In this document: piece after piece, positions 22,261-34,698 of the stretch
How positions within the stretch are numbered: the stretch's first letter is position 1
How the letters are laid out: every line of letters starts with the position of its first letter
Virus record (IMG/VR): IMGVR_UViG_3300033146_003848
Span: 64,001 to 128,000 of that record
Source of the DNA: a virus
Direction: 5' to 3' (one strand)
Length of the DNA stretch: 64,000 nucleotides
Program-made: the position numbers and the translations under genes
Notes under the pieces: model-generated
Seen by the model: only the letters and a program-made list of their open reading frames with translations
Told to the model about the DNA's origin: nothing
The model's database searches: none

Positions 22261-22833
22261 TATTAATAATTTAATTGAACAACAACGACACCAAGAATTA
22301 GAAAAATTTGAGGAAGAATATGTGTGGTTAAAGGAGGAATATAGTAGAGTTAGGGCTACTATGAATAATATGATAACTATTTCGATGAACAATTTAATTA
22401 ATTCTACTATCCCATTTATTTTAGTGGGAGTATTATTAATTGTTGCCATTTTTGCGATAGATTTTTCAAGCATAGTGTCTCATTCAAATCAAATCATTAA
22501 ATGGAGTATGATTGGGGGATTAGGAGCCTTCATTATAGTATTCTTAACTTCGGCTCACATTATTTATTTGAAATGGTCACTTATAGAAAAGACACTTGAG
22601 AGTATGTATTTATTAGATAATATATCTCTTCAAGAGGTTATAGATAAAACTGAATTGTCAATTATAGAATCCCGAGGAGTTCTGTTAGAAACTTACAGGA
22701 ATTGGCTTCAACATTGGGAACAAATTGGGAAGATTATCATTATGACTCCAGTTTCAGATTCAGTTTTTGAACTTACATTTAAATTTGGATGGGTTAAAAT
22801 ATTATTATTAATGATTCAGCGAGAAAAAGTCAA

Positions 22834-23352
22834 ATGAAAGTAATTAGTCAAGAAACTTCATATGTGTGTCCGGTATTTTTGGTAGAACAACTCAAATATG
22901 ATACTGGGCAAACAATGATGGTTCAAAAATGTCCATCTGTTGTACATATTGCTCCATATATTAAAGATAGTGACCGATATATATTAATCGAGGAATTTCG
23001 AGCAGGAGCAGAAGAGGTGTTATTAACATTTCCTGCCGGAAAAATAGATGCTGGAGAATCATCTTTAATTGCCGCATATCGAGAATGCATTGAGGAAACA
23101 GGATATGTCCCACTTGCATTAGAGTTAATACATGAGGGATATACTAATCCTGGAATTAGTGATGAGTACGCATTTTTCTATAAAGCCTCAGTTCGACCTG
23201 CTACAAACGCTGAGATGGAAACTCATTCGGCAGATGAGCATGAGAATATTCAAATTCGCACCATGACAACAGTTGAATTGAGGAAAAAATTAGGAGATAT
23301 CAAATCAATAAAAAGTTTCTTGCTTGCGAATTTGGTTTTGCAAAATAATTAA
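22834..23352 (+). CDS. Nudix hydrolase (ADP-ribose pyrophosphatase-like)
   Basis: Nudix box GKIDAGESSLIAAYRECIEETGY; NPG..DE. Confidence 0.88.
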   Translation: MKVISQETSYVCPVFLVEQLKYDTGQTMMVQKCPSVVHIAPYIKDSDRYILIEEFRAGAEEVLLTFPAGKIDAGESSLIAAYRECIEETGYVPLALELIHEGYTNPGISDEYAFFYKASVRPATNAEMETHSADEHENIQIRTMTTVELRKKLGDIKSIKSFLLANLVLQNN

Positions 23353-23707
23353 TTATATGCTATACTATTAATAGAGAGTGTGAGAAAACAATTTATTAAT
23401 TTTTTTAGGGAGACTAAATATGAGTGATTTTTTATTATCATTTTGGTCAGAAAAAGACTACACATTAGAGCAGGAGTTAAGAATTTTACAGAAAGTGATT
23501 GAATTTTATTTAGGTCAATTGCCAAACATGACAATTGAATTTTTGAAAAAAAGAAGAACTAGAGAAGTGATAAAAGTTTTTCAAGTGAGATATAATCATT
23601 TGGGATTAGGAGCAGAGAATTTTGCTATATTGCAGGATATATATAAACTGGAGAAATTAAGAACGAGGTCGTTTAATATTAATTTATTTGTTGAATAGGA
23701 GAAAGTT

Positions 23708-23860
23708 ATGCCAATGTATGATTATGTTTGTAAGAATTGTAAAGAGAAGTTTTCAAAGAATGTGCCAATGAAAGATTATAAAAAGCCACAGAAGTGTCCG
23801 AGTTGTAAATCGTTATGCGAAAAAAAGGTTTCCTGTGCGGCATTAAAGGATGTGCATTAG
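23708..23860 (+). CDS. FmdB-like zinc-ribbon protein (50 aa; not in the ORF track)
   Basis: Manual translation MPMYDYVCKNCKEKF...KCPSCKS; AGGAG RBS. Confidence 0.8.
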   Translation: MPMYDYVCKNCKEKFSKNVPMKDYKKPQKCPSCKSLCEKKVSCAALKDVH

Positions 23861-24632
23861 GAGTGAAACATGAAATATGAAGTTTTAATAAGTAAGCCTA
23901 AAGATTTAATAACCACTGGACTTCTATTAGATTTAGACAAATCTTTGGTTTTAGTTTTGAATGATAACAATGTGACAATACTCCATTCAGACATAAGTCA
24001 TAAAGAGTCAATGATAGTATGGAATTTCACACCTGAAGTCAATGATATAGATGATAAAAAAATCACGAATGCGATTAAAGAGTATATGGATTCTGTATAT
24101 CATTGTTCATTTGATGTGAAATTGTTTGAAATAATAAAGCCGACATTTATTTCAATATCTCAATCGTCATTTGAGCAAGAATGTAAAGCCGAGGCTCAAC
24201 GATTTTTTAAAAGTCTTAGAGAGAATACCTCTAAAGAGAGTATAAAAAGTTTTTGTAGAAAGGCTAAGTTTATTGATTCTATTCAAGAACAAATGGATCC
24301 CAAACAAAAGATTATCTTAGAGATAGTGGATGGAGAAATCATTTGGAATTTTAGAGATTTTACCAAGAATTTCATGAATAGAGTGTATATTATTGTGAAA
24401 AATATTGCCACAGAAACTTTCATTTCTGTACCACAATATGCAAAATTTTTAGATGCTCTGTATTTCTTAAAATCATCTGAAGAACATTATGACCTTGCCA
24501 TGTTAGATAAATACTCTCAGAATTCAGAAGGGGAGCGAGATTCCATTAAGTCAGGTGATATATGTTTCGCTGAAGGATGGAATCTGTTGAGAGAGTCTGA
24601 TGATATATCCATCACATGACTAGGAGAATTAA

Positions 24633-25250
24633 ATGTCAACTGTAATAGAACTAGAGCGAAAATATCTTATGAGTGAAATTCCTATGGGAATAGTGAATTT
24701 TGGAATTCAACCTCCAAAAATCATTGAACAATTTTATGTGAAAAATGAGCAAGAAAGGTATAGACATGTTGAGTTTCAAGGGGAACATACTTTTTTTAAG
24801 CAATCAAAACGTTCATTGCCGATTGGATGTATTGAGAACTCCAATGTAATCAGCAAAGTTCGATATTGGTACAATAGAGTTTTTCACAAACAAGGGAATT
24901 TAATCCGAAAAGTTCGATATGAATTGCCAAGTGATATGTATGATGAGATAATAATTGATTCCCAGTTTGTGAATAATATCATTATAGATAAATTTAAATT
25001 GACTGAAAATCGAAAGTTTTTTGTTATGGAAATAGAATTTGCTAATACTGAGGGATATCTAAATGGACAACATTTAACCGCAGAATTTGATGATTTAATG
25101 ATTGATGTTACTGGCGATACACGGTTTTATAATCGAAGTATATCTAAACCGAATAGTTTTATTGAATTATATCCTCTTCTAGATTCTCTTTATCGAAAAA
25201 TTGACGTTAAAAGGATAACTCATATGAAGGAGAAAAAACGTGAAAAATAA
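24633..25250 (+). CDS. CYTH-domain protein
   Basis: ELERKYL (ExExK), KVRY, MEIEF, DVTGDTRFYN. Confidence 0.75.
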   Translation: MSTVIELERKYLMSEIPMGIVNFGIQPPKIIEQFYVKNEQERYRHVEFQGEHTFFKQSKRSLPIGCIENSNVISKVRYWYNRVFHKQGNLIRKVRYELPSDMYDEIIIDSQFVNNIIIDKFKLTENRKFFVMEIEFANTEGYLNGQHLTAEFDDLMIDVTGDTRFYNRSISKPNSFIELYPLLDSLYRKIDVKRITHMKEKKREK

Positions 25251-25587
25251 AATATTATTATTATTCATAGGTCTGTTGTTCATATCATGTGCTCATGTTC
25301 CGATAGAGATTAATATCCCTGACTGTTCCCGAATCATAAAATTTCAACGGAATATTCAAGAACGAGATATTTTAATAATCATGAATATACATAAGGAAAT
25401 CATAGACTTACAATTAAATATTTTCGATAATGACATTTTGGTGTGTAATGAATTTAAATTAGAAGTGTCAAAGATAAAAGAATATTTACCATCATCAGAG
25501 AGTATTGTTAAGTTGGGTGTTGAGAATTGTAATCGGATAAACTTGGATTCAAAAGAACCTTCAAAATGATAAGAGTAATATAATCAA

Positions 25588-26337
25588 ATGAATTTTTTAA
25601 ATGAAACACGACGGTATTTAATATATGCGTTTATGGATCCCAAAGATCGTCCATATTACATTTACTATAGTGACTTGTCTTATGGTGAGATATGTCGAAA
25701 AGAAGGGCATAAATTGACTGTTACTGGATATTTTGATCCTGAATATATCAAGGCTAAGGAATTTCAAAATCAAGGGTTTCCATTCGTGATTAGTGTCCTT
25801 GAGGATGGAATAGTTGAAGAAAATGATGCTATCAAAAAAGTATTTTCTTGGATAAAACATTATCAGCGAAAGAATTTAATGTTAATGAATCGGTTTTATG
25901 ATGCAGAAGGCAATGAAAGAGATGATTCTCCACATAAAATATATTTAGCATACGAAAAACATAAGAAGAAACTAAAAGATGATGCATTTAGTTGGCAACA
26001 ATATTATGAAGATATCGAGAGATATTATTCACCTAAAGATAAAAGTAAATTTAAAGGAGCAAAGAGTTATAGAGCAAAGATTTGGACATTTATAAGTCCA
26101 AGCGGAAAAAAATATGAGATATTTGGAGAGTTAAAGGAGTTTTGTAAGAAGCGAGGATTAAGATATAATTCAGTAAAGAATTATGTTCAAGGTAAATGGA
26201 AACATCCCACATATAAAGGATGGATCATTACTAAAAGAGATCCTACAGATGAAGAAAGAAAAAAGTTGAAAATCATTGACACGGCTGATGTAATAGAGTA
26301 TACTATAAGAGTAAAGACTTTAAATAATGAAGATTAA
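25588..26337 (+). CDS. Degenerate GIY-YIG/homing-endonuclease-related DNA-binding protein
   Basis: N-terminal YLIYAFMDP..RPYYI lacks the YIG glycine; C-terminal ISPSGK...LKEFCKKRGL...KGW resembles homing-endonuclease DNA-binding tails. Confidence 0.45.
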   Translation: MNFLNETRRYLIYAFMDPKDRPYYIYYSDLSYGEICRKEGHKLTVTGYFDPEYIKAKEFQNQGFPFVISVLEDGIVEENDAIKKVFSWIKHYQRKNLMLMNRFYDAEGNERDDSPHKIYLAYEKHKKKLKDDAFSWQQYYEDIERYYSPKDKSKFKGAKSYRAKIWTFISPSGKKYEIFGELKEFCKKRGLRYNSVKNYVQGKWKHPTYKGWIITKRDPTDEERKKLKIIDTADVIEYTIRVKTLNNED

Positions 26338-28773
26338 TAATTTTAGGAGATTTAGTATGAGTAAATCAAAACAAAAAACATTAATGAAGTTAGAACAAAA
26401 ATATTCTAATCTCAAGCACCAACGAGAAAAGGTTATTATGAAACTACAAAGCATTAATGAGCAGTTAAAAAAAAGTCGCGGTGAAGTAAGAGCATTTAAA
26501 GCAAAATGGTACAAAAGTAATGAGAGGAGTAATATTAATATTACTGTTCATGCGGTGTTAAGATATGTGGAGAGAGTGTTGAATATTAATGTTGACCAAT
26601 ATCGCAATCAAGAGCCAAATGATAATAAATTGTTGCCATTATTACTGCAACAAGAGAGTTTGGTTTTAACTGAATTATATGATGAGATGCTTCCCGAAGC
26701 ATTAGCAAAAGCAATTCCACTTTGTGGAGATAATAGATACAAAGTGAAGACTGAACGAGGAGAATTTGATTTAAAAGTAGCCAACGATACAATAATAACA
26801 GTACTAACGTAAGGAGTAAAAAATGAAAAATTTCATAAAATTAAAAACTATTCGAGAGGATATGAATAAAAAATATTCATCTCAATCAGCATGGTTAGAT
26901 GCTGATGTTTTAGATTTAGGGCGAATGATACGAGGAGTGTCCAAAGAAGATGATGATATTATCGTTGCAAATGTGATTCGTTGGGTTTATAAATGGGAAA
27001 TAATATCTAAACGATATTTAGATTTAAGAAGAGGTTAAAATATGGAAATTGTTAAATATGAGAAATTAATAGATGTATTAATGGTTAATGAAGCATTGGT
27101 TTTTTTAAATGTGGATGAACCAGCAGAATGGGAAACAGCGATAGTAAGTCACATGATAGAATATGATATTGTGCCGGTAGATTTTCAATTTCAAAATGCG
27201 TTTATTACAAAGAGAGATGCTGATCATTGGGATTTAGTCTTCATGTTGCCTGAAAATAAGGATAATTTAGATTTATTGAAACTCAAGAAGTGGAAAGATT
27301 TAGTTAGTCCCGAAAATGAATTATCCGATGAGTATGTTGATGCTATAATGTCAGGTGATGATGATTATCATGTGGAGAGTAATGATTTAAATCGTATCGA
27401 ATGGCTTTCAGATTACGTTGAAAAATATGCTCAGGATCATAATCAATTAATAATGTCTAGTGAGGCATAAATTAATTTAAAGTTTTTGTTTCTTTTGATA
27501 TATTATATTGTATTTATAACCAATATTAGGAGAAATTAAATGAACGCTTTTGATGTATTAGATGGTAAAGAAGAATTTATCATGATTGATGAGAAAGCCT
27601 TGACGAAAACGAAATGTGTTTTCATAGAATGGTCACATAATAATAAACGAGCAATTGTGAAAAACTTGGACTTAAATAAAAATATGTCCATTGATGGTGA
27701 AGAATTTTTAGAGTTTATTGGTTGGCAGCAATAAATTTTAGATTATTATTGACAGGGCTCAAAATTAATGATATAATATGATTATAAACAATTGAAAATG
27801 TCAATTGTAGTTTTTATTATTCATTGATGGAGAGACTTATGAAATTTGTACTAATTCAAAACACAAACAACGAATTGTATTGCATCGAATCGGACAAACT
27901 CAATGACGTTGAATATCCATTCAACGTCATTGTTCCTGAGTTTGAGGGCGAACTCAGTACTAGAACCACATCACATGCGGCAGAAGACTTCAGTGTAAAT
28001 GTAAATGATACTATTTATTGCGATTCATTAGGTAAACACATTCAAGTTACCAAAATAGATTCCACCAAAGTAAATTTTGATAATATGTATCAAAATTATT
28101 TTTTAATTGAAGAAAATGAAAAAATTGATGAGGATGAAAAATCAGAAGCGGATCAAATGATAGTTCCTAGTTCATATATGATAGCGACATATCAGACAGT
28201 TAAGGATGTGTTCGTGGGAGTTCGTATTCCAACCTCAGAATATAAATGCATTAAAGAAACTAGGGTTTCGGTGAACGATATTGTTTATTGTGGAGCCAAT
28301 AGAAGTTGGATCAAAGTAATAGCAGTGTATTCTATAGGAGAGTAATGTGAAATATACAGACGAACAAATAATTTTATTGGCGATTTCTCAAAAGAAATAT
28401 CCTGAAATTTCAAGTTCCAATGCCATTCAATCTACTATATCAGGGCTTTCTCGAATATATATTTACCAAGATGACATTCAAATGCTTACTTTGGCTTGCG
28501 ATATAGGTATAGAAATTATAATTCGAGAATACTCTAATCGTCCTGATATATTAGTTAGTAAAATGAAGGATATCATGAGACAAAAGTTATCGTTAATGCC
28601 CGATGCTCATAGTTTTATATCGAAGAAGTTTAAAAGGACGCATCATGTGAAGATATTGGATGTTATATATAAACATTTATCCGATATTCCGTTTTCTGTT
28701 GGAGAAAGTAATATTTTATCGATCATTAAACAAGAGGCTGATGATACTTTAAAAAATCAGATAATTAATGTTT

Positions 28774-28872
28774 TTAATTGACACGGATAAAAAATAATGC
28801 TATAATATTTATATGAAACAATCGTTTTTGTTTCATGAGTTTTAAAAATTTAAATGATGGAGATTCATTATG
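28774..28872 (+). repeat. 99 bp promoter-leader-RBS module, copy 1
   Basis: Matches 30792-30890 with two mismatches; TTGACA-17-TATAAT, hairpin, GGAG, ATG. Confidence 0.95.
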
Positions 28873-29706
28873 ACATTTGGTAATGCAGAACTTAAAGACA
28901 TTTTATTTGATGTGAAAGAGATGCCAGTACTTTATCCAAACCCTGAAGAGTATGATAGTGCAAGTGGAGAATTCGAAAGTATTTCTCAATTTTCTCATAG
29001 GAAAGTCCTTTTGAGAGCCGACAATAATCGAGAATTAGGTATTGTTGGGAGTGACTGGCAACCCATTCTCAATCAAACTGCTTTGGACAGATTTGATGAA
29101 ATTTGTAAAGAAAGTAAAATCAAGTATGAACTCGGAGAAGTTCTTATGAAAGATGGAGGAGCAAAAACTTCTGTGGAAATTAAATTCCCAGAGAAAACTA
29201 TTCAAACTGGAAAAGGTGATGTCATAGAACTAAGAGGATATCTTCATAATGGATTTAATGGAAGTACATCAGTAGGCTTAGAATTAGGGTTCTTCAGATA
29301 CTGGTGTTCCAATGGAGCAATAATTGGAAGCAAAGAGCACCAATTAAAATTTAAACATACATTAAGTGCTGAAGATAAAATGGCGAATGCATTTAAAATG
29401 TATATCGAAACACGATTTAATGAGACGGAGCAATTTATTCAGAAATTGACAGCCACAAATATAACTGATGCACAAATCAAAACCGAATTCGAGGAGCAAG
29501 AAATTATTGCTAAAAAATACGAAAGTAATTATTTTGAATCATTGAATAAAGAGAGTGCTGATATGAACGGAGCACAAACACTTTGGTTAATGTATAATAT
29601 TTATACTAGAGTGATAACTCATGGACTTGAAGTGAATAACTATCGAAAACTTCAATTGTTGGCTCAAGTATCGAATAGAGCAAAGAATGTGTGGTTAGCA
29701 AAGTAA
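28870..29706 (+). CDS. DUF932/DUF945-family protein
   Basis: LGIVGSDWQPILN; LHNGFNGS...FRYWCSNG. Confidence 0.75.
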   Translation: MTFGNAELKDILFDVKEMPVLYPNPEEYDSASGEFESISQFSHRKVLLRADNNRELGIVGSDWQPILNQTALDRFDEICKESKIKYELGEVLMKDGGAKTSVEIKFPEKTIQTGKGDVIELRGYLHNGFNGSTSVGLELGFFRYWCSNGAIIGSKEHQLKFKHTLSAEDKMANAFKMYIETRFNETEQFIQKLTATNITDAQIKTEFEEQEIIAKKYESNYFESLNKESADMNGAQTLWLMYNIYTRVITHGLEVNNYRKLQLLAQVSNRAKNVWLAK

Positions 29707-29718
29707 ATATTATATCAA

Positions 29719-29743
29719 GAGGAGATAGTCGAACTATCTCCTC
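29719..29743 (+). terminator. Intergenic hairpin (terminator or processing site)
   Basis: gaggagatagt-cga-actatctcctc; weak U tract. Confidence 0.55.
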
Positions 29744-30421
29744 ATTATTATAGGAGAATAAAATGAAAATTGATTTTAATTTTGAACGAGTTGATATATA
29801 TAAGACGGCAGAAATTGATATGCGACCAATATATTCGATGAGAGTTGGAGATTATATGTTCATCCTCGTTAATAAATATTACTATTGGAAAAAGGTCGAG
29901 AAACGAGTTTCTCATGAAAGATCCGCAACAATTTATGTTATAGATAATAATAATCGAGGACTTTATGTGACTGGAACTCATGATTCGGGGATGAATGCAT
30001 TCATTGATTTGATTGAACGTTATCCTAAAAAACATTTCCCAAAGAAGTTCGATGAAGCATTTAATGAGGAGGCACAACTCTCTAAAATTAAGGCGAGAGA
30101 TAATGAAATAAAATGAGTATTCTAGGTAGATTAGTGAGACGAGCCATTTATGATGAGTTAGATAATAACCAGATTCGGAATTATAAAATAACCTCTCAAC
30201 ATGGAAAAAGTTTTGTTTATCATATTTATAATGTCCACGATCACGATAGTCATATATGTACCATTACAATTAATGACTCATTAGATGTTATAGTCAAGGA
30301 TACTATTAGTTGTAAAGATATTGAAAGACTACAGATTTTTAACACGTTGGATAAGATGTATGATAATACCATATACAAAGTTAAATATCATCCTCGAAAT
30401 TTTTGGAGATAGGAGAAAAAA

Positions 30422-30649
30422 ATGAAAAAAATAAAGATTTATGATGTAGAATATTGGGAAGATGATAATTATAATAGATGGTCTAATTGCACTAAACAAC
30501 AGGCTCAAGATATGTCCGACTCTTTATTGAATTGTTATAATTGCGAAAATTGTCAAATATGTACCAATTGTTCTTCTTGTGTATTTTGTTATAATTGTTT
30601 AAACTGCAATAACGCAATAAATGAAGTGAATGGCAGAGATATTGGATAA
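30422..30649 (+). CDS. Cys-rich (Cxx)n repeat protein, paralog 1
   Basis: YWEDDNYNRWSNCT...A...SL.NC followed by CxxC repeats. Confidence 0.75.
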   Translation: MKKIKIYDVEYWEDDNYNRWSNCTKQQAQDMSDSLLNCYNCENCQICTNCSSCVFCYNCLNCNNAINEVNGRDIG

Positions 30650-30791
30650 CACACTAAATAAAATAAAAAAACTTGCAGATTTAATATCCAAGAATAAGTT
30701 TCAATCATTCAAATCATATAGGTTGCCATTTATCAAAACACCTAATAGTTCATGTGTGATTTATAACATGAAAGAATATAAACAATTGATA

Positions 30792-30890
30792 TTAATTGAC
30801 ACGGATAAAAAATAATGCTATAATACTTATATGAAACAATCGTTTTTGTTTCATGAGTTTTAAAAATTTAAATGATGGAGATTTATTATG
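30792..30890 (+). repeat. 99 bp promoter-leader-RBS module, copy 2
   Basis: Near-identical to 28774-28872 but drives an unrelated gene. Confidence 0.95.
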
Positions 30891-31511
30891 AAGAAATTCA
30901 CACAAAAATTACTAGATAATTTTGATAGTTCAAAGGAGAACTATCACCAACAAATTTTAGATGTTGCATATGATGCTTGGACAACAGATATGGAGTGGAC
31001 ATATGCCGACATGATAGATAATACTATTGAGCAATTTGGTCAACTTACTGCTCTATTAGTGTTAGTTGGCAAATTTAATCAACAAGTTACAAATGGGGGT
31101 CATATTCAATATATAATGAATGATTTTGCATCAAGAGGATCTAAGTATGATTTAGATATTCATAATAAAATGATATCATTGATGAGTAGCACTTATTTGA
31201 AGCCTTGTGACAACTATGATATGATATTAAAAATTATGCGGTCATTAGATGTGGTTTATTATCCATCTGAGTATGAAACTGAAACTTGTTCTTCGTGTGG
31301 TGGAAGTGGAATGAGTGATTATGGAGAAGAGGATGAGGAGTGCGATGATTGTTGTGGGACAGGAGAAATAGAATTTCTTAATGATGAGGAGTTCGTACAT
31401 AACGGAGAACATTTAGATGAACAATATTATGAGGTGTATGAAGATTGGCTTCAATCAATCGAAAAGTTATTGCATCATATGCCTGAATTAAATGGAGAGA
31501 ATCATGAGTGA
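30888..31511 (+). CDS. Acidic DMP19/DUF4375-like protein with inserted CxxCxGxG zinc finger
   Basis: QQVTNGGHIQY..N; CSSCGGSG and CDDCCGTG; LDEQYY. Confidence 0.5.
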   Translation: MKKFTQKLLDNFDSSKENYHQQILDVAYDAWTTDMEWTYADMIDNTIEQFGQLTALLVLVGKFNQQVTNGGHIQYIMNDFASRGSKYDLDIHNKMISLMSSTYLKPCDNYDMILKIMRSLDVVYYPSEYETETCSSCGGSGMSDYGEEDEECDDCCGTGEIEFLNDEEFVHNGEHLDEQYYEVYEDWLQSIEKLLHHMPELNGENHE

Positions 31512-31941
31512 TATATCCGTGTATCAAATGGCAATTAATAATGCCTCAAATTATATCGTAGCCTTAAATAACCGAATGAGTGCTGATGATCCAAGACGAG
31601 ATGCTGAAATTGGAATTTTTGATATTACATCGGTTTTAGAAATCATCTTTTGTAAGGCAAAAGAAGAGATTGCATCCGATATTATTAAAACTGTGAATGA
31701 TATTAGTCCTCAATCGACAATAGAAACTAGAAGTCCTAAGCAAGAGGTACGAATATTATTCCATAACATTGAGATTGATTGGGAAAAAGGGAATTATGAG
31801 GTGTATGATATTGGAGAAGATGATAAAAAACAAATAATAGATAAAATGATTGATGGTGAGTGTGCGGGAATCATACGAATTGCCGAAAATGATTCCAGTG
31901 AAGTTTTAATTGGACATTGGACTATTAAAGGAGATAAATGA
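31504..31941 (+). CDS. Hypothetical protein, paralog of 32104-32559
   Basis: Shared T.VL.II..K.K..I..DI.K and LFH.IEI.WE motifs. Confidence 0.65.
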   Translation: MSDISVYQMAINNASNYIVALNNRMSADDPRRDAEIGIFDITSVLEIIFCKAKEEIASDIIKTVNDISPQSTIETRSPKQEVRILFHNIEIDWEKGNYEVYDIGEDDKKQIIDKMIDGECAGIIRIAENDSSEVLIGHWTIKGDK

Positions 31942-32103
31942 TGAATCAAATTGATAGAGACCTTCATATGAAAGTATACCGTTTAATTGAGAAAAATTAT
32001 ACTCCTCTAGATACTGCTCATATGGTTTGGGAAAAAATAAAGAGTCACTTCACTGAGGATAGAGAGACTCGAATTATAATGACTAGTCGGATCGGAAGAT
32101 GGA

Positions 32104-32559
32104 TTGAATGGGAGGAATGTAATTATGATGAATGAAATTTCAACAAAGGATTATATTAATGCGATTACAGCCATAGCGAATCACATTATGAGTCCTGAGT
32201 TTGTACATGAAAATAAAGAGAATCGACTTGATGTGGAGAATGTTACCGAAGTATTGTCAATTATATATCATAAATCGAAAATGCATATATCCAATGATAT
32301 TGTAAAAAAGATATCAGAATTTTGTTTATTGGACAAGGAATCAAGTGAATTTACTCAGGTCATTGAAGTATTATTTCATGATATTGAGATCTGTTGGGAA
32401 GGTCATGTGACTTCAGTAGACCTTCATCCGTTAGATTATAAACTTATTGAAACTCTCATTATAAAGGCTTCTAATAAAGGACCCATCACAGTTCCTTATA
32501 TTGATATTCAGGGCGAACAACGCTATTATGTTGGAGAATGGAGAATCAGAAAATGTTAA
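32104..32559 (+). CDS. Hypothetical protein, paralog of 31504-31941
   Basis: Same motifs; true start probably at MMNEIS. Confidence 0.65.
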   Translation: MNGRNVIMMNEISTKDYINAITAIANHIMSPEFVHENKENRLDVENVTEVLSIIYHKSKMHISNDIVKKISEFCLLDKESSEFTQVIEVLFHDIEICWEGHVTSVDLHPLDYKLIETLIIKASNKGPITVPYIDIQGEQRYYVGEWRIRKC

Positions 32560-33313
32560 TTTGTCCTATATGTAAATCTAGTGTTGAAATGAAACGATCC
32601 GATGAAAATGATTTTTTATTTACTTGTACCAATCAATGCTTTAAAAATATTTCTATTTTCGCACATTCGGATTTAGAAGCAAAAGGCTTTTGGTTAGGGA
32701 GAAGTGCTGAAATAGTTTCTAGTGAGTTGAGAAACAATCAATAGTAACATATCACTTTTGTTGTTTTTGTTGTTATACGAGTAACCTAGAGTATGAGAAT
32801 TGAGCCTAATTAATCAATAAAATATATTATATTCATTATTTCAATATTATTTGATTTGAGTGATTATTTATGTTATAATTAATGAATGAAAAAGTTTTTC
32901 ATTATTATTAATTTATTTGAGGGAAAAATGAATATAAAATCTATTATTCAATCGGGAAAAATTATTCGAACAAATGAAGGATTGTATACAACTGATGAGG
33001 AGTTATGGTTAGAATGTGAAATAGAAATTTTAATAGAGACTCCAATTCAAGAGACAGACTTGGAGTCTATATTTGATACCTCTCCTGAAATATTTTATAA
33101 ATTCATAGAGTTTGATGTTTATGATAAGGTTCAAGTCGAATTGCATTCTAATCATATAGAAATTCTTATTATTTTTGAAGCATATGAACCTTTTCAAACT
33201 GATCCTGAATATGATTCGTTAGAATTGGATTATTGGAAACATTAAATTTGACTTGGTGTTAAAATTGTGATATACTATATATGTAATTATGATTAATTAT
33301 TATTATGGAGTAA

Positions 33314-33751
33314 ATGATGAAAAAAGAAGACATTGTTATTGATTTAGAATCCTCAAGAACATTTAAAGTGGAATGTATTTGGGAAGAAAATGAATTCGTT
33401 TGTGTGGTCGGATACGAAGACCGAGAAAACTTTTGGCGAGTAGGATATATATTGTTGCCTTCGAGTAACACTTTCTATGAGAGAGATTATGATGACGACC
33501 GAGTTAAAAATTTGGAAGTGTATGGAGGAATAACATATGCGAATCATTTAAGTAAATCTATATTTAAAGACCTCATATCAGTCAAAGATGATCTTTGGCT
33601 ACTAGGGTTTGATGCAGGACACGGAGAAGATGGGTTATCCTTAGAGTTCATGAAAGATGAAATGAAATCTTTAGCGAGTCAAATATTTACCAAAGAATCT
33701 GAACACGCCTTCGATGTGTTAAATGACATAATATTTTCAAAAAAGAATTGA
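33314..33751 (+). CDS. Conserved phage hypothetical protein
   Basis: GYI.LP...EVYGGITY...WLLGFDAGH pattern, common in phages. Confidence 0.6.
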   Translation: MMKKEDIVIDLESSRTFKVECIWEENEFVCVVGYEDRENFWRVGYILLPSSNTFYERDYDDDRVKNLEVYGGITYANHLSKSIFKDLISVKDDLWLLGFDAGHGEDGLSLEFMKDEMKSLASQIFTKESEHAFDVLNDIIFSKKN

Positions 33752-34672
33752 CTCGGTTGACTTTATATGTTATACTATTAATATAAACACTTGATAAAGT
33801 ATTGAGTGTAACTTAATGGAGAATATCATGATTTTAAGTACCGAAATGCAAGATACTATCGAAGAGTTAACTGGAGTTTCTGTGCAAGCCTTACATTATA
33901 ATGATGAGGAGATTTCGTTTAAACAAAATGGAATCTGGCGAGACATGGAAATGAAAACCTTTTCTGACATCAATCGTCGGTTTAAAATATCAAAACAACC
34001 TGACAAAAAACAGAACTTTTATTATATAAGTCGGGGATCTGAAGCGTTTGACCTGATGATTTTGATTAATGATTTTAGCAATGCGATAATTGAGATTTAA
34101 CATGGTGAGTTCATGTAATATGTTTAAGTTCTCAACAGTCCATCAACAACATAACACTTCGGGCTGTGAGTATTCTATCACTGAAAATCATGTGACACCA
34201 TCTATAGAATGGGCAAAATATAACGATTATAAAAAATTTAAAAAAAGTGAATTAAAGTTTGACACGGATTAAATAATATGTTATACTATTATTATAAACA
34301 ATTGATTTTGTTTGTATGTTTATTAATTTTTTGAGTCAGACAAGACGTTAAAATCGGAGAGTATTATGGGATTTATAGTTAAACTTATCGATAAAGACAA
34401 TTCGATTCGAGAGGATGAATTTGCGACTGCGATTAAAGAACTGAAGCCTGAATTTAATAGTGATATTAAAGAAAAATCAGGAGTGTTCATTCATTTGGAC
34501 TCAAATGAAATTGAACTCAAGAATGGAGTAGTTAAAATATTTGGGTCATTTACTACTATGGGAGATGAGATTGAAGGACTAATTTTAAATTTACTTTTAA
34601 ATTTACAAAAGTTCGGATATAAAATAGAAGTTATTTGCCCAGAATTAGGGTATGAGAGTTAGATTATTAAAC

Positions 34673-34698
34673 TGAGGACTTCAATAATGAAGTCCTCA
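34673..34698 (+). terminator. Intergenic 11 bp hairpin
   Basis: tgaggacttca-ataa-tgaagtcctca; no U tract. Confidence 0.5.

Noticed and set aside
25588-26337. Active homing endonuclease or intron
   Set aside because: The catalytic motif looks degenerate and no interrupted gene flanks it.
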